From Minisyncoccota bacterium (GTDB taxonomy: Bacteria; Patescibacteriota; Minisyncoccia; Phycocordibacterales; XYD1-FULL-46-19): DNA of 28,696 bases. Location of the stretch: NCBI GenBank assembly GCA_035453545.1, contig DAOTDH010000001.1:1-28696 (forward strand). The letters run 5' to 3'. The position numbers and the translations under genes are program-made. Under the pieces are notes generated by a model. The model saw nothing but the letters and a program-made list of their open reading frames with translations, did no database searches and was not told the origin of the DNA. Of the stretch, positions 1 through 7,924 are shown piece after piece. Positions within the stretch are counted from its first letter, which is position 1. The number at the start of each line of letters is the position of its first letter.

Positions 1-1362
1 AATGGGGCGGATTTAATCGTGACTGATCTGAAGACCAAAGAAGATTTGGCTGATTCGCTAAAGAAGATAAAAAAAGCCTTAAAGCCAGAAGTTTTTAAAA
101 AAATTAAATTTGTTCTCGGCGAGCATAAGTTAGAAAATTTTAAGAATAGAGATTTTATCTTAAAAGCGGCCGGTGCGCCCCTTGATTCTCCTTTTGTTGC
201 CGAAGCGCGCAAAAATAATATTCCGATCAAAATGGATGCCTCATGGTTCGCGGAGCTTACCCTGAGCGCCGTCGAAGGGCTGAAGATTATTGGCGTTACT
301 GGTACCCGTGGCAAATCTACCGTCACTCACTTAATTCATGAAATTATAGAACCTTCCCAAGGACTCTCCTTGAGAGGCTCCCAAAGGAGAGTCCTTGGGA
401 AGGTTCACTTAGGAGGTAATGTCAGAGGTCTGGCGACTTTGCCTTTACTTAAGAAAGTAAAAGCGGAGGACATTGTGGTGATGGAGTTGGACTCATGGCA
501 ATTGCAGGGTTTCGGTGATTCTAAGATTAGTCCGAATATTTCTGTTTTTACTAACTTAATGGTAGATCACCAGAATTATTATAGTTCGATGGATAAATAT
601 TTTGCTGACAAAGCGAATATTTTCTTAAACCAAAAAGAAGGGGATAGCTTAGTGTGTGGAAAAGAGGTCTTAAGTTTGATTAGAAAAAAATTCCCCAAAC
701 ATTCTGGGCGAGCGATTGTACCTGACGCGGGGGTGGTACCCAAGAGTTGGAAGGTGAAGTTATTGGGCGAACATAATCGTCTGAATATTGCTTATGCGGT
801 GACAGTTGCGAGGATTCTTGATATTCCCGAGAAAATTATAAAGACATCGGTAGAGAATTATGCTGGTGTACCAGGGCGTCTGGAATTTGTGCGCGAAGTC
901 AAAGGCATAAAATATTATAACGATACAACAGCGACCACCCCCGATGGGGTAATAGCGGCATTAAAAGCTCTTAGCCCCCAAGGACTTTCCTTGAGAGGTT
1001 CCCAAAGGAGAGTCCTCGGGGACATTATTCTAATTGGTGGCGGAAAAGATAAAGAGCTAGATTATAAAAAATATGCGCCAGTAGTTAAGAAGAGCGTGAA
1101 ATCTTTGGCGCTTTTTGCCGGTACCGGCTCAGATAAAATAATTAAGGCACTCGGAAATACTAAACTGCCTGCCCGAATCGGTGTGCGAGGCGGGCCTGTC
1201 GAAATTTTCGACAATATGCCATCAGCTTTTGCTTGGGCGAATGGTCAAGCGAAGAAAGGGGACATTGTCTTGCTCTCACCCGGCGCAGCTTCTTTTGGTA
1301 TTTTCAAAAACGAATTTGACCGCGGTGATCAATTTGTTGCTCAAGTTAAAAAATTAAAATAA
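1..1362 (+). CDS. murD: UDP-N-acetylmuramoyl-L-alanine--D-glutamate ligase, 5'-partial; carries in-frame palindromic insertions
   Basis: The frame is open from base 1 (NGADLIVTDLKT...), so the GTG at 19 is internal. Motifs: P-loop GVTGTRGKST, LGGN, VMELDSWQL, NLMVDHQNYY, PGRLEFV, YYNDTTATTP, LLSPGAASFGIFKNEFDRG. Confidence 0.95.
   Translation, partial: NGADLIVTDLKTKEDLADSLKKIKKALKPEVFKKIKFVLGEHKLENFKNRDFILKAAGAPLDSPFVAEARKNNIPIKMDASWFAELTLSAVEGLKIIGVTGTRGKSTVTHLIHEIIEPSQGLSLRGSQRRVLGKVHLGGNVRGLATLPLLKKVKAEDIVVMELDSWQLQGFGDSKISPNISVFTNLMVDHQNYYSSMDKYFADKANIFLNQKEGDSLVCGKEVLSLIRKKFPKHSGRAIVPDAGVVPKSWKVKLLGEHNRLNIAYAVTVARILDIPEKIIKTSVENYAGVPGRLEFVREVKGIKYYNDTTATTPDGVIAALKALSPQGLSLRGSQRRVLGDIILIGGGKDKELDYKKYAPVVKKSVKSLALFAGTGSDKIIKALGNTKLPARIGVRGGPVEIFDNMPSAFAWANGQAKKGDIVLLSPGAASFGIFKNEFDRGDQFVAQVKKLK
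349..406. repeat. Palindromic element copy 1: perfect 23 bp inverted repeat with 12 nt loop, inside murD
   Basis: Arm gaaccttcccaaggactctcctt (349-371) is the exact reverse complement of aaggagagtccttgggaaggttc (384-406). It is read as EPSQGLSLRGSQRRVLGKV. Confidence 0.95.
976..1021. repeat. Palindromic element copy 2 inside murD, same orientation and frame as copy 1
   Basis: ccccaaggactttcctt-gagaggttccca-aaggagagtcctcgggg: 17 bp arms with one G.T pair and one mismatch. It again encodes QGLSLRGSQRRVLG. Confidence 0.95.
1168..1194. repeat. Possible degenerate GC-rich palindromic insertion of a second family in murD
   Basis: cctgcccgaatcggtgtgcgaggcggg is 27 nt and markedly GC-richer than its flanks, with imperfect arms cctgcc/ggcggg. 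It encodes PARIGVRGG in an apparent loop. Only one copy is seen. Confidence 0.4.
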
Positions 1363-1365
1363 ATA

Positions 1366-2646
1366 ATGGATCTAAAAAATATAAGAAAAGTTTATTTTAT
1401 TGGGATTGGGGGCATTGGGATGTCGGCGGTGGCAAGGATGCTCTTGGGTGAGGGGAAACAAGTTCTTGGCTCAGATCGATCTCCTTCTCTCGTTACCGAA
1501 GAATTGGAGAAATTGGGCGCCAAGATTTTTTATGAGCAAAAAGCGGAGAACATTACAGCCGATATTGATTTAGTAATTTATACTATTGCGATGCCGTCTG
1601 ATAGTCCTGAGTTGGTTAAGGCTCGCGAGTTGGGGATCGAGTGCAAAACTTATCCTGAAATGTTGGGTATTATTTCGGCCGATAAGTACACGATCGCTAT
1701 CGCCGGCACACATGGTAAGACAACCACGACAGCAATGATTGCTGAGATAATGATTGAAGCAGGATTAGATCCGACGGTAATCGTGGGGTCGTTATTGAAG
1801 CCAATCGGACCCGAGGACTCTTCTTTAAAGGCCTCCCAAGGAGAGTCCTCGGGTACTAATTTCATCGCTGGCCAGAGTAATTACTTAGTGGTGGAGGCGT
1901 GCGAATATCAACGGTCGTTTCTTAATCTCCACCCGACATTAGCGATTGTTACCAACATTGATGCGGACCACCTTGATTATTATAAAGATTTGGACGATAT
2001 TAAGAATGCTTTCGCACAGTTTCTTTCGCAAAGCAAAAATCAGATCGTTGACTATCAAAGATATTTACCGAAGGTGCCGGAGTTGCTGGTCCCTGGCGAG
2101 CATAATCGGCAGAATGCGGCCGCGGCTTTAGCGGTGGCTGATTTTTTAAAGATTGATTTGGTGGTGGCGATAAATTCGTTAAAAAAATTTACCGGCACTT
2201 GGCGACGTTTTGAATATAAGGGAAAGACAAAAGATGAGGCCCTCGTCTATGACGATTACGCTCATCATCCAACAGAGATCAAAGCTTCTATTCTGGGAGC
2301 GCGAGAATTCATGAAGAAGCGAGGATTGAAGGGGAAATTAATTGTTGCTTTCCAACCCCATCTCTATAGCCGGACGAAATTGCTTAAAGATGATTTTGCT
2401 GAAGCTTTGGCGGGGGCTGATCAGGTTTTTCTTCTTCCAATTTATGCGGCTCGTGAATCTCTTGATCCGGAAATTAGCTCGGAGCTTTTGGCTGATTTTA
2501 TTCGGACGAGGGGAGGGGTTGTGGATAATGCCCGAGACCTCTTCGAAGCTTCTAAAATGCTTCTAAATCAAGCCCGAACGGGGGATTTGGTAATTACTAT
2601 GGGCGCTGGAGATATTTCCCAATTAGCCCCAAATTTGCTAGAATAG
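1366..2646 (+). CDS. murC: UDP-N-acetylmuramate--L-alanine ligase
   Basis: YFIGIGGIGMSAVA, GSD, IAIAGTHGKTTTTAM, VVEACEY, TNIDADHLDYY, RRFE, DDYAHHPTEI, FQPHLYSRT, TMGAGDI. Confidence 0.97.
   Translation: MDLKNIRKVYFIGIGGIGMSAVARMLLGEGKQVLGSDRSPSLVTEELEKLGAKIFYEQKAENITADIDLVIYTIAMPSDSPELVKARELGIECKTYPEMLGIISADKYTIAIAGTHGKTTTTAMIAEIMIEAGLDPTVIVGSLLKPIGPEDSSLKASQGESSGTNFIAGQSNYLVVEACEYQRSFLNLHPTLAIVTNIDADHLDYYKDLDDIKNAFAQFLSQSKNQIVDYQRYLPKVPELLVPGEHNRQNAAAALAVADFLKIDLVVAINSLKKFTGTWRRFEYKGKTKDEALVYDDYAHHPTEIKASILGAREFMKKRGLKGKLIVAFQPHLYSRTKLLKDDFAEALAGADQVFLLPIYAARESLDPEISSELLADFIRTRGGVVDNARDLFEASKMLLNQARTGDLVITMGAGDISQLAPNLLE
1809..1854. repeat. Palindromic element copy 3 inside murC, reverse orientation
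   Basis: acccgaggactcttctt-taaaggcctccc-aaggagagtcctcgggt. The 44 bp core matches the reverse complement of the copy 1 core at 36/44 positions. It is read as PEDSSLKASQGESSG. Confidence 0.92.
2616..2644 (+). promoter_or_regulatory. Candidate sigma70 promoter overlapping the murC 3' end
   Basis: TTCCCA (2616-2621), 17 bp spacer, TGc-TAGAAT extended -10 (2636-2644), then 9 nt to the ATG at 2654. Confidence 0.5.
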
Positions 2647-2653
2647 ACCCCAT

Positions 2654-2908
2654 ATGAGACACATTATTTGGCGCAATCGAGCGAGTGCTATCTTGGGGAT
2701 TTTGGTGATGCTTCTGGGTCTATATTCAGGTTTTCCTGATGTTATTGGGGATACTTTAATAGTTCTATTGGGGTTCTTAATTGCTCTTTTTGGCTTTTAC
2801 CATGGTTCCAATAACTATGCTTTTGTTGAGGAAGTAGCGGAAGAAAAAGATAAGATCGTGCCTAAACAAAAAGATAAAGTAAACAATGGATCAACCTCTT
2901 CCTCCTAG
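2654..2908 (+). CDS. Small membrane protein, two N-terminal hydrophobic helices and a charged tail
   Basis: 84 aa ORF filling the gap between murC and the next gene. Hydrophobic segments are AILGILVMLLGLY and LIVLLGFLIALFGFY. Confidence 0.7.
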   Translation: MRHIIWRNRASAILGILVMLLGLYSGFPDVIGDTLIVLLGFLIALFGFYHGSNNYAFVEEVAEEKDKIVPKQKDKVNNGSTSSS

Positions 2909-4097
2909 ACACCATACCCTAACTCTCTTAGCTATTGTTTTGGGTTTTTTTGTTTTTGCCTTAATTGCTTTTTCGTCTTTTCTCTCGATTGATGCCGAGG
3001 GGAGAGATAATCTGCTGGCTAATTCTTCGTCTTTGGGGGCATCCTCTCCTCAGACTCTTTCGGCGACGGATTTTTCTTTCCCTAAAGTTGTTGTCTCGCA
3101 CAAGAAGACTCCTGAGTCAGTTAAGGCTATCTATATGTCGAGTTGGGTTGCTGGTTCCAAAGAAGCAAGAGAAAAAATGCTGAAGCGGATAGAGGGAACT
3201 AATATAAATTCTATTGTTCTTGATATTAAAGATACTTCAGGCAAAATTGTTATCAAATTGAATTCTCCGGCTCTCGTCAAGTATCAATCAGAAGAGAGTC
3301 GTGTCTCGGATATTACTGAGTTTGTCGATGACTTACACCAGCGAGGTTATTATGTGATTGGTCACATCGCTGTCTTCCAAGATAATTATCTGACACGAGT
3401 TCGGCCAGACCTCTCGATGCGCCGCCAAGATAATAATGAGATTTGGCGAGATGCGAAAGGGATGGCTTGGCTTGATGTTAGTCAGCAAGAAGTTTGGGAT
3501 TACAATATTGCTTTGGCCCGAGAAGCTTACTCAGCTGGCTTCGATGAATTGAATTTTGATTATGTTCGTTTCCCGACCGATGGTGATATCTCGCAGATAC
3601 GTTATCGCAATTATGACCCAAACAAGGAGACAAGGGTTGAGGCCCTGCGTAAATTCTTCGTTTACCTTCATGATAATATTCAAGATATTGGCGTACCCAC
3701 CTCAGCTAATGTTTTTGGTATGGTAACGACGAATGATGATGACTTAGGTATTGGCCAAGTGATAGCAAACGTCGCTCCTTATGTGGATTATATCGCCCCC
3801 ATGCTTTACCCCTCACATTATCCTAAGGGTTGGAATGGTTTTAAGAACCCTGCCACTGTTCCGTATAAAGTTGTTAAGATAAGTATGGATAGCGGAATTA
3901 AGAAAATTGAGGCCCTTGGTTTGTCTAAAAATAAGCTTAGGCCATGGTTGCAAGACTTCGATCTCGGAGCAACTTATACGGCTGAGATGGTTCGGGCTCA
4001 ACACGAAGCGGTGTCTGACGCCGGATTAAATTCTTGGATGATGTGGGATGCGACAAACAAATACACACTTAGCGCCTACCAAAAAGAAGATAATTAA
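2886..4097 (+). CDS. Membrane-anchored putative glycoside hydrolase (DUF4015/PF13200-like TIM barrel)
   Basis: An N-terminal hydrophobic helix and Ser-rich linker precede VKAIYMSSW, NSIVLDIKD, GFDELNFDYVRFP, DYIAPMLYPSHY and LRPWLQDF, which are typical of this family. Confidence 0.8.
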   Translation: MDQPLPPRHHTLTLLAIVLGFFVFALIAFSSFLSIDAEGRDNLLANSSSLGASSPQTLSATDFSFPKVVVSHKKTPESVKAIYMSSWVAGSKEAREKMLKRIEGTNINSIVLDIKDTSGKIVIKLNSPALVKYQSEESRVSDITEFVDDLHQRGYYVIGHIAVFQDNYLTRVRPDLSMRRQDNNEIWRDAKGMAWLDVSQQEVWDYNIALAREAYSAGFDELNFDYVRFPTDGDISQIRYRNYDPNKETRVEALRKFFVYLHDNIQDIGVPTSANVFGMVTTNDDDLGIGQVIANVAPYVDYIAPMLYPSHYPKGWNGFKNPATVPYKVVKISMDSGIKKIEALGLSKNKLRPWLQDFDLGATYTAEMVRAQHEAVSDAGLNSWMMWDATNKYTLSAYQKEDN

Positions 4098-4116
4098 ATT
4101 ATAATAGAAGGAGGTT

Positions 4117-5778
4117 ATGGCTGAGACGACAATAAACTATTTTGCCCAAACTGACTTCCGTGGCAAACGGATTCGTTTTGGTGTTAAAGCTGAGGATCGA
4201 GCCAAACATGTCTATGTTATTGGCAAGACCGGTATGGGTAAGTCTACTCTTCTGGAGAACTTGGTTATCCAAGATATTAAGAATGGAGAAGGGCTGGCTT
4301 TTGTTGATCCGCACGGTAAGTCGGCGGAGTTTCTCTTAGACTTTGTTCCGCCTGAGCGACTTAAGGATGTTATCTACTTTGCCCCCTTCGACCTTGAGTA
4401 TCCCATCTCCTTCAACATCATGGAGGACGTGGGTCATGACAAACGTCACTTGGTGGCGAATGGTCTAATGTCGTCGTTCAAGAAGATTTGGCCAGATGTT
4501 TGGTCTAGCCGAATGGAGTATATTCTTAATAATTGCTTGTTGGCCCTTCTCGAATATCCAGAAGCCACTTTGCTTGGGGTTAACCGTCTGCTCTCTGATA
4601 AGGTCTATCGTCAGAAGGTGGTTGATAATGTCACTGACCCATCTGTTAAATCTTTTTGGGTTGATGAATTTGCCAAGTACAACGAGCGCTATATGCAGGA
4701 GGCGGGAGATGCGATTAAGAACAAGATTGGTCAATTTACCGCGAACCCTCTAATCCGTAATATTATCGGTCAACCTAAGTCGACCATAGATTTGCGTCAG
4801 GTTATGGACGAGAAGAAGATTCTAATTGTGAACTTATCGAAAGGGCGTCTTGGTGAGCAAAATGCCAATTTGTTGGGTGGGATTTTGATTACGAAAATTT
4901 ATTTGGCCGCCATGTCACGAGCCAGTGCGGAATCTAATTTATTATCTCGTTTACCTTACTTCTATTTGTTTGTCGATGAGTTCCAGTCTTTCGTTAATGA
5001 ATCTTTTGCTGATATTTTGTCCGAGGCACGCAAGTATAAATTAAGTCTAACTATCGCTCATCAGTATATCGAGCAGATGCCCGAGGAGGTGAGAAATGCC
5101 GTTTTTGGTAACGTGGGTACGACCATCGCTTTCCGTGTTGGGCCTTTTGATGCTGAAGTTTTGGAGACAATTTTCTTCCCAACCTTTACTAAAGAAGATC
5201 TAGTTAATCTTGGTTTTGCCCAAATTTACCTAACCTTATCTATTGATGGTGTTGGTTCGCCACCTTTCTCGGCGACAACCTTACCACCAATTGTTGTCAC
5301 GACTAGTTCTCTTAAGGAAGAGATAATCGATAATGTGAGGAAGACTTATGCTAAGCCACGCGAGGTTGTTGAGAAAGAGATTACGGATTGGTATGTTCCT
5401 GATGTGGCATCAGCTAAGACATCGCCTAGCACTAGTGCTAAAGCAAGGACGCCAGAGCGAGTTGGAGCTTCGGCTCCGTCACGAGCTAAGCCCGTGGAGG
5501 TTGTGCCTAAGAAAGTTACCCTCCCTCCTGCGAAGTCAACACCTAAAGAGGTTGTTAAAGAGGTGCCCAAAACTTTTTCTCTCGGAGTTCTTAAGAACAA
5601 ACCCAAGCCAGACAAGAACAAAAACGAGCTTAAAGATCTGCTCAGTGGGATTATGTCTGAAAAGAAGGTTGAGAAAAAACAAGAAACACCTAAAGTTGAT
5701 GTTGTCGCGAAGCAAGAATCGGCCGGTATTTCTGTCGAGAGATTAAGAAAGATGTTAGAGGTTAATTTGGACGAATAG
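4117..5778 (+). CDS. TraD/TraG/VirD4 (TrwB-like, HerA/FtsK clan) P-loop ATPase with a low-complexity Lys/Pro/Glu tail
   Basis: Walker A VIGKTGMGKST, FVDPHG, Walker B LFVDEFQ, EARKY, IAHQY, FGNVGT. No N-terminal membrane helices are evident. Confidence 0.88.
   Translation: MAETTINYFAQTDFRGKRIRFGVKAEDRAKHVYVIGKTGMGKSTLLENLVIQDIKNGEGLAFVDPHGKSAEFLLDFVPPERLKDVIYFAPFDLEYPISFNIMEDVGHDKRHLVANGLMSSFKKIWPDVWSSRMEYILNNCLLALLEYPEATLLGVNRLLSDKVYRQKVVDNVTDPSVKSFWVDEFAKYNERYMQEAGDAIKNKIGQFTANPLIRNIIGQPKSTIDLRQVMDEKKILIVNLSKGRLGEQNANLLGGILITKIYLAAMSRASAESNLLSRLPYFYLFVDEFQSFVNESFADILSEARKYKLSLTIAHQYIEQMPEEVRNAVFGNVGTTIAFRVGPFDAEVLETIFFPTFTKEDLVNLGFAQIYLTLSIDGVGSPPFSATTLPPIVVTTSSLKEEIIDNVRKTYAKPREVVEKEITDWYVPDVASAKTSPSTSAKARTPERVGASAPSRAKPVEVVPKKVTLPPAKSTPKEVVKEVPKTFSLGVLKNKPKPDKNKNELKDLLSGIMSEKKVEKKQETPKVDVVAKQESAGISVERLRKMLEVNLDE
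5461..5480. repeat. Short hairpin with cUUCGg tetraloop in the ATPase variable tail
   Basis: gttggagc-ttcg-gctccgtc: a perfect 5 bp ggagc/gctcc stem with an imperfect extension. It encodes VGASAP. Confidence 0.4.
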
Positions 5779-5783
5779 TTTTT

Positions 5784-6881
5784 ATGGTTAAAAAAGTTTT
5801 GATTTATTCGACGGCTTATTTCCCGATGGTGGGTGGGGCAGAGGTGGCGATAAAGGAAATCACTGATCGTTTGCCAGACTTTAATTTTATTTTAGTTACG
5901 GCTCGTTTAAGTAGAGCTTATTCTAAGAAAGAGAAAATTGGTAATGTCGCCGTGTATCGTCTAGGCTGGGGGACTTGTTTTGATAAGCTCTGGTTGGCCT
6001 TTTATGGGGGTCATTTTGGTCTAAAATTGGCCAAAGACGAGTCTTTTTGCCTAGTCTGGGGGGTGATGGCTAGTTTTGCGGGTTTGGCGGCTTTGCGCTT
6101 TAAAGAGTTAAGTCCGAGGTCTAAGTTCTTGCTTACTCTACAAGAAGGGGATGATCTTGAAGAAGTCGAGAGAAAGATGCGAGTTTTACGGTGGCGTTTT
6201 AAGAAAATTTTTACTTTGGCCGATCAGGTGCAAGTTATTTCCCGTTACTTAAGAGAGTGGGCCCAGAGTTTTGGGACGGAGGAAAAAAATATTACTATCA
6301 TTCCCAATGGGGTTGATCTTGATAAATTTAATTTTAGGGGACAAACTAAAAATAAGACGATTGTCACTACCTCCCGTTTGGTTAAGAAAAATGGGGTGGA
6401 TACTTTAATTAGATCTCTAACTTTTTTACCAGATGATTATCGTCTAAAAATTTTAGGAGTTGGTCCCGACGAAAAGAAATTAAAAAATTTGGTCAGAGAA
6501 CTTGGTTTGAGTGAGCGGGTTGATTTTGTTGGTTTTGTTTCATCCGAAAATATTAAAGATTATTTTGCTCAAGCGGAAGTTTTTGCTCGACCCGCCTTGT
6601 CTGAGGGTCTGGGCAATTCTTTTCTCGAAGCGATGGCCTTCGGTCTGCCGGTGCTCGGGACTCCGGTGGGGGGGATTGTCGATTTTCTTAAGGAGGGGGA
6701 AACGGGCTGGCTGATTCCACCAAATGATCCTCAGACTTTGGCCGAAAAAATAAAGTTTATTACTAAAGAAGAAAATGGGGCTCAGGTTGAAGAGGTTACC
6801 AGAAAGGCGCGAAGTCTAGTTGAAGAAAAATATGATTGGGTTAAGATAGCGAGAGAGATGGGTCACTTATTCTATAAATAA
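5784..6881 (+). CDS. Glycosyltransferase family 4
   Basis: YFPMVGGAE, IIPNGVD, RLVKKNG, E-x7-E motif SEGLGNSFLEAMAFGLPV. Confidence 0.92.
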   Translation: MVKKVLIYSTAYFPMVGGAEVAIKEITDRLPDFNFILVTARLSRAYSKKEKIGNVAVYRLGWGTCFDKLWLAFYGGHFGLKLAKDESFCLVWGVMASFAGLAALRFKELSPRSKFLLTLQEGDDLEEVERKMRVLRWRFKKIFTLADQVQVISRYLREWAQSFGTEEKNITIIPNGVDLDKFNFRGQTKNKTIVTTSRLVKKNGVDTLIRSLTFLPDDYRLKILGVGPDEKKLKNLVRELGLSERVDFVGFVSSENIKDYFAQAEVFARPALSEGLGNSFLEAMAFGLPVLGTPVGGIVDFLKEGETGWLIPPNDPQTLAEKIKFITKEENGAQVEEVTRKARSLVEEKYDWVKIAREMGHLFYK

Positions 6882-6886
6882 TCAGG

Positions 6887-7921
6887 ATGACAAACAAAAA
6901 AACAATTTTAATCGCGACCGGTATCTACCCGCCCGATATTGGCGGTCCAGCGACTTACGCTAAGGCACTCGAAGAGGAGTTTCGCTCTCTTGGTTTTAAT
7001 GTGCTTGTTCGTTATTTCCGTCAAGAGAAGGGTTTGCCCCCAATCTTGAGGCATATTTTTTATTTCTTAAAAGTTTGCTTGGTTATGTCGAGGGTTGATT
7101 ATGCTATCGCTCTTGATACTTTTAGTGTTGGCCTACCAACCGTTTTAGCTGGCCTTATTTTTAGAAAGAAAGTTATCATCCGCACGGGAGGTGATTTCTT
7201 GTGGGAGACTTATGTTAATCGAACTAAAAAAAGTTTAATTCTTTCTTCTTTTTATCTTAAGTCGCCAGATTTTACGAGTAAAGAAAAAATAATTTTTAAA
7301 CTAACTAAGTTTGCTTTAGGGGGAGCGGATAAGGTCGTCTTTAGCACTGATTGGCAGAGGAATATTTGGGTTCCGGCTTATAATCTTGATTTTAAAAAAA
7401 CAAAAATAATTGAAAATTTCTTTAATTTCCAAAATTTCGAAGAGGTAGAGAGCGATTTTCTTGTCGTTGCCCCTCGTAAATATCTTTGGGCTGGTCGGGA
7501 TATTTTTCTTAAAAATACGAACTTTCTTAAGCAGGCTTTCGCTAATGCTAAAAAAGAGAATCCTGATCTTGATTTAGAAATTATCACTAATTTACCACAG
7601 GCTAAGCTTTTTGAAAAAATGAAGGCTTGTGATGTTGTTACCGTCCCTTCTTTATCAGAAATTAGTCCCAACTTGGTTTTAGAAGGATTGAGCTTAGGGA
7701 AACCATTTATTTTATCTAAAGAAACTGGTTATTTTGAAAAACTTAAAGGGCTCGGTCTTTTTGTTGATCCTTTAAGTATTGATGAAATTTCTAAGGCTAT
7801 TCTAGAAATGGCCAAACCGGAAATTTATAAAAATTATCGAAAGGCAATAAATAACTTTAATTTTTCTCATTCTTATAGAGAGATTTGTCTAGAATTTATT
7901 GATTTATTTGAAGAAAATTAA
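6887..7921 (+). CDS. Glycosyltransferase family 4
   Basis: GIYPPDIGGPATY, RTGGDFLWE, PSLSEISPNLVLEGLSLGKP. Confidence 0.88.
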   Translation: MTNKKTILIATGIYPPDIGGPATYAKALEEEFRSLGFNVLVRYFRQEKGLPPILRHIFYFLKVCLVMSRVDYAIALDTFSVGLPTVLAGLIFRKKVIIRTGGDFLWETYVNRTKKSLILSSFYLKSPDFTSKEKIIFKLTKFALGGADKVVFSTDWQRNIWVPAYNLDFKKTKIIENFFNFQNFEEVESDFLVVAPRKYLWAGRDIFLKNTNFLKQAFANAKKENPDLDLEIITNLPQAKLFEKMKACDVVTVPSLSEISPNLVLEGLSLGKPFILSKETGYFEKLKGLGLFVDPLSIDEISKAILEMAKPEIYKNYRKAINNFNFSHSYREICLEFIDLFEEN

Positions 7922-7924
7922 TTT

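Noticed and set aside
349-1854. Three repeats as a CRISPR array or as intrinsic terminators
   Set aside because: Spacing is irregular (hundreds of bp of conserved coding sequence), orientation is mixed and there are no cas genes. The hairpins are intragenic and lack a U-tract.
4100-4116. TATAAT plus a perfect AAGGAGGT Shine-Dalgarno before the ATPase
   Set aside because: The SD ends 1 nt before the ATG, too close for normal use, and no convincing -35 is seen, so it was not called as a feature.
4117-5778. Integrative conjugative element or plasmid
   Set aside because: There is only a lone ATPase, with no relaxase, integrase, VirB genes or att-like repeats, and it is embedded among housekeeping genes.
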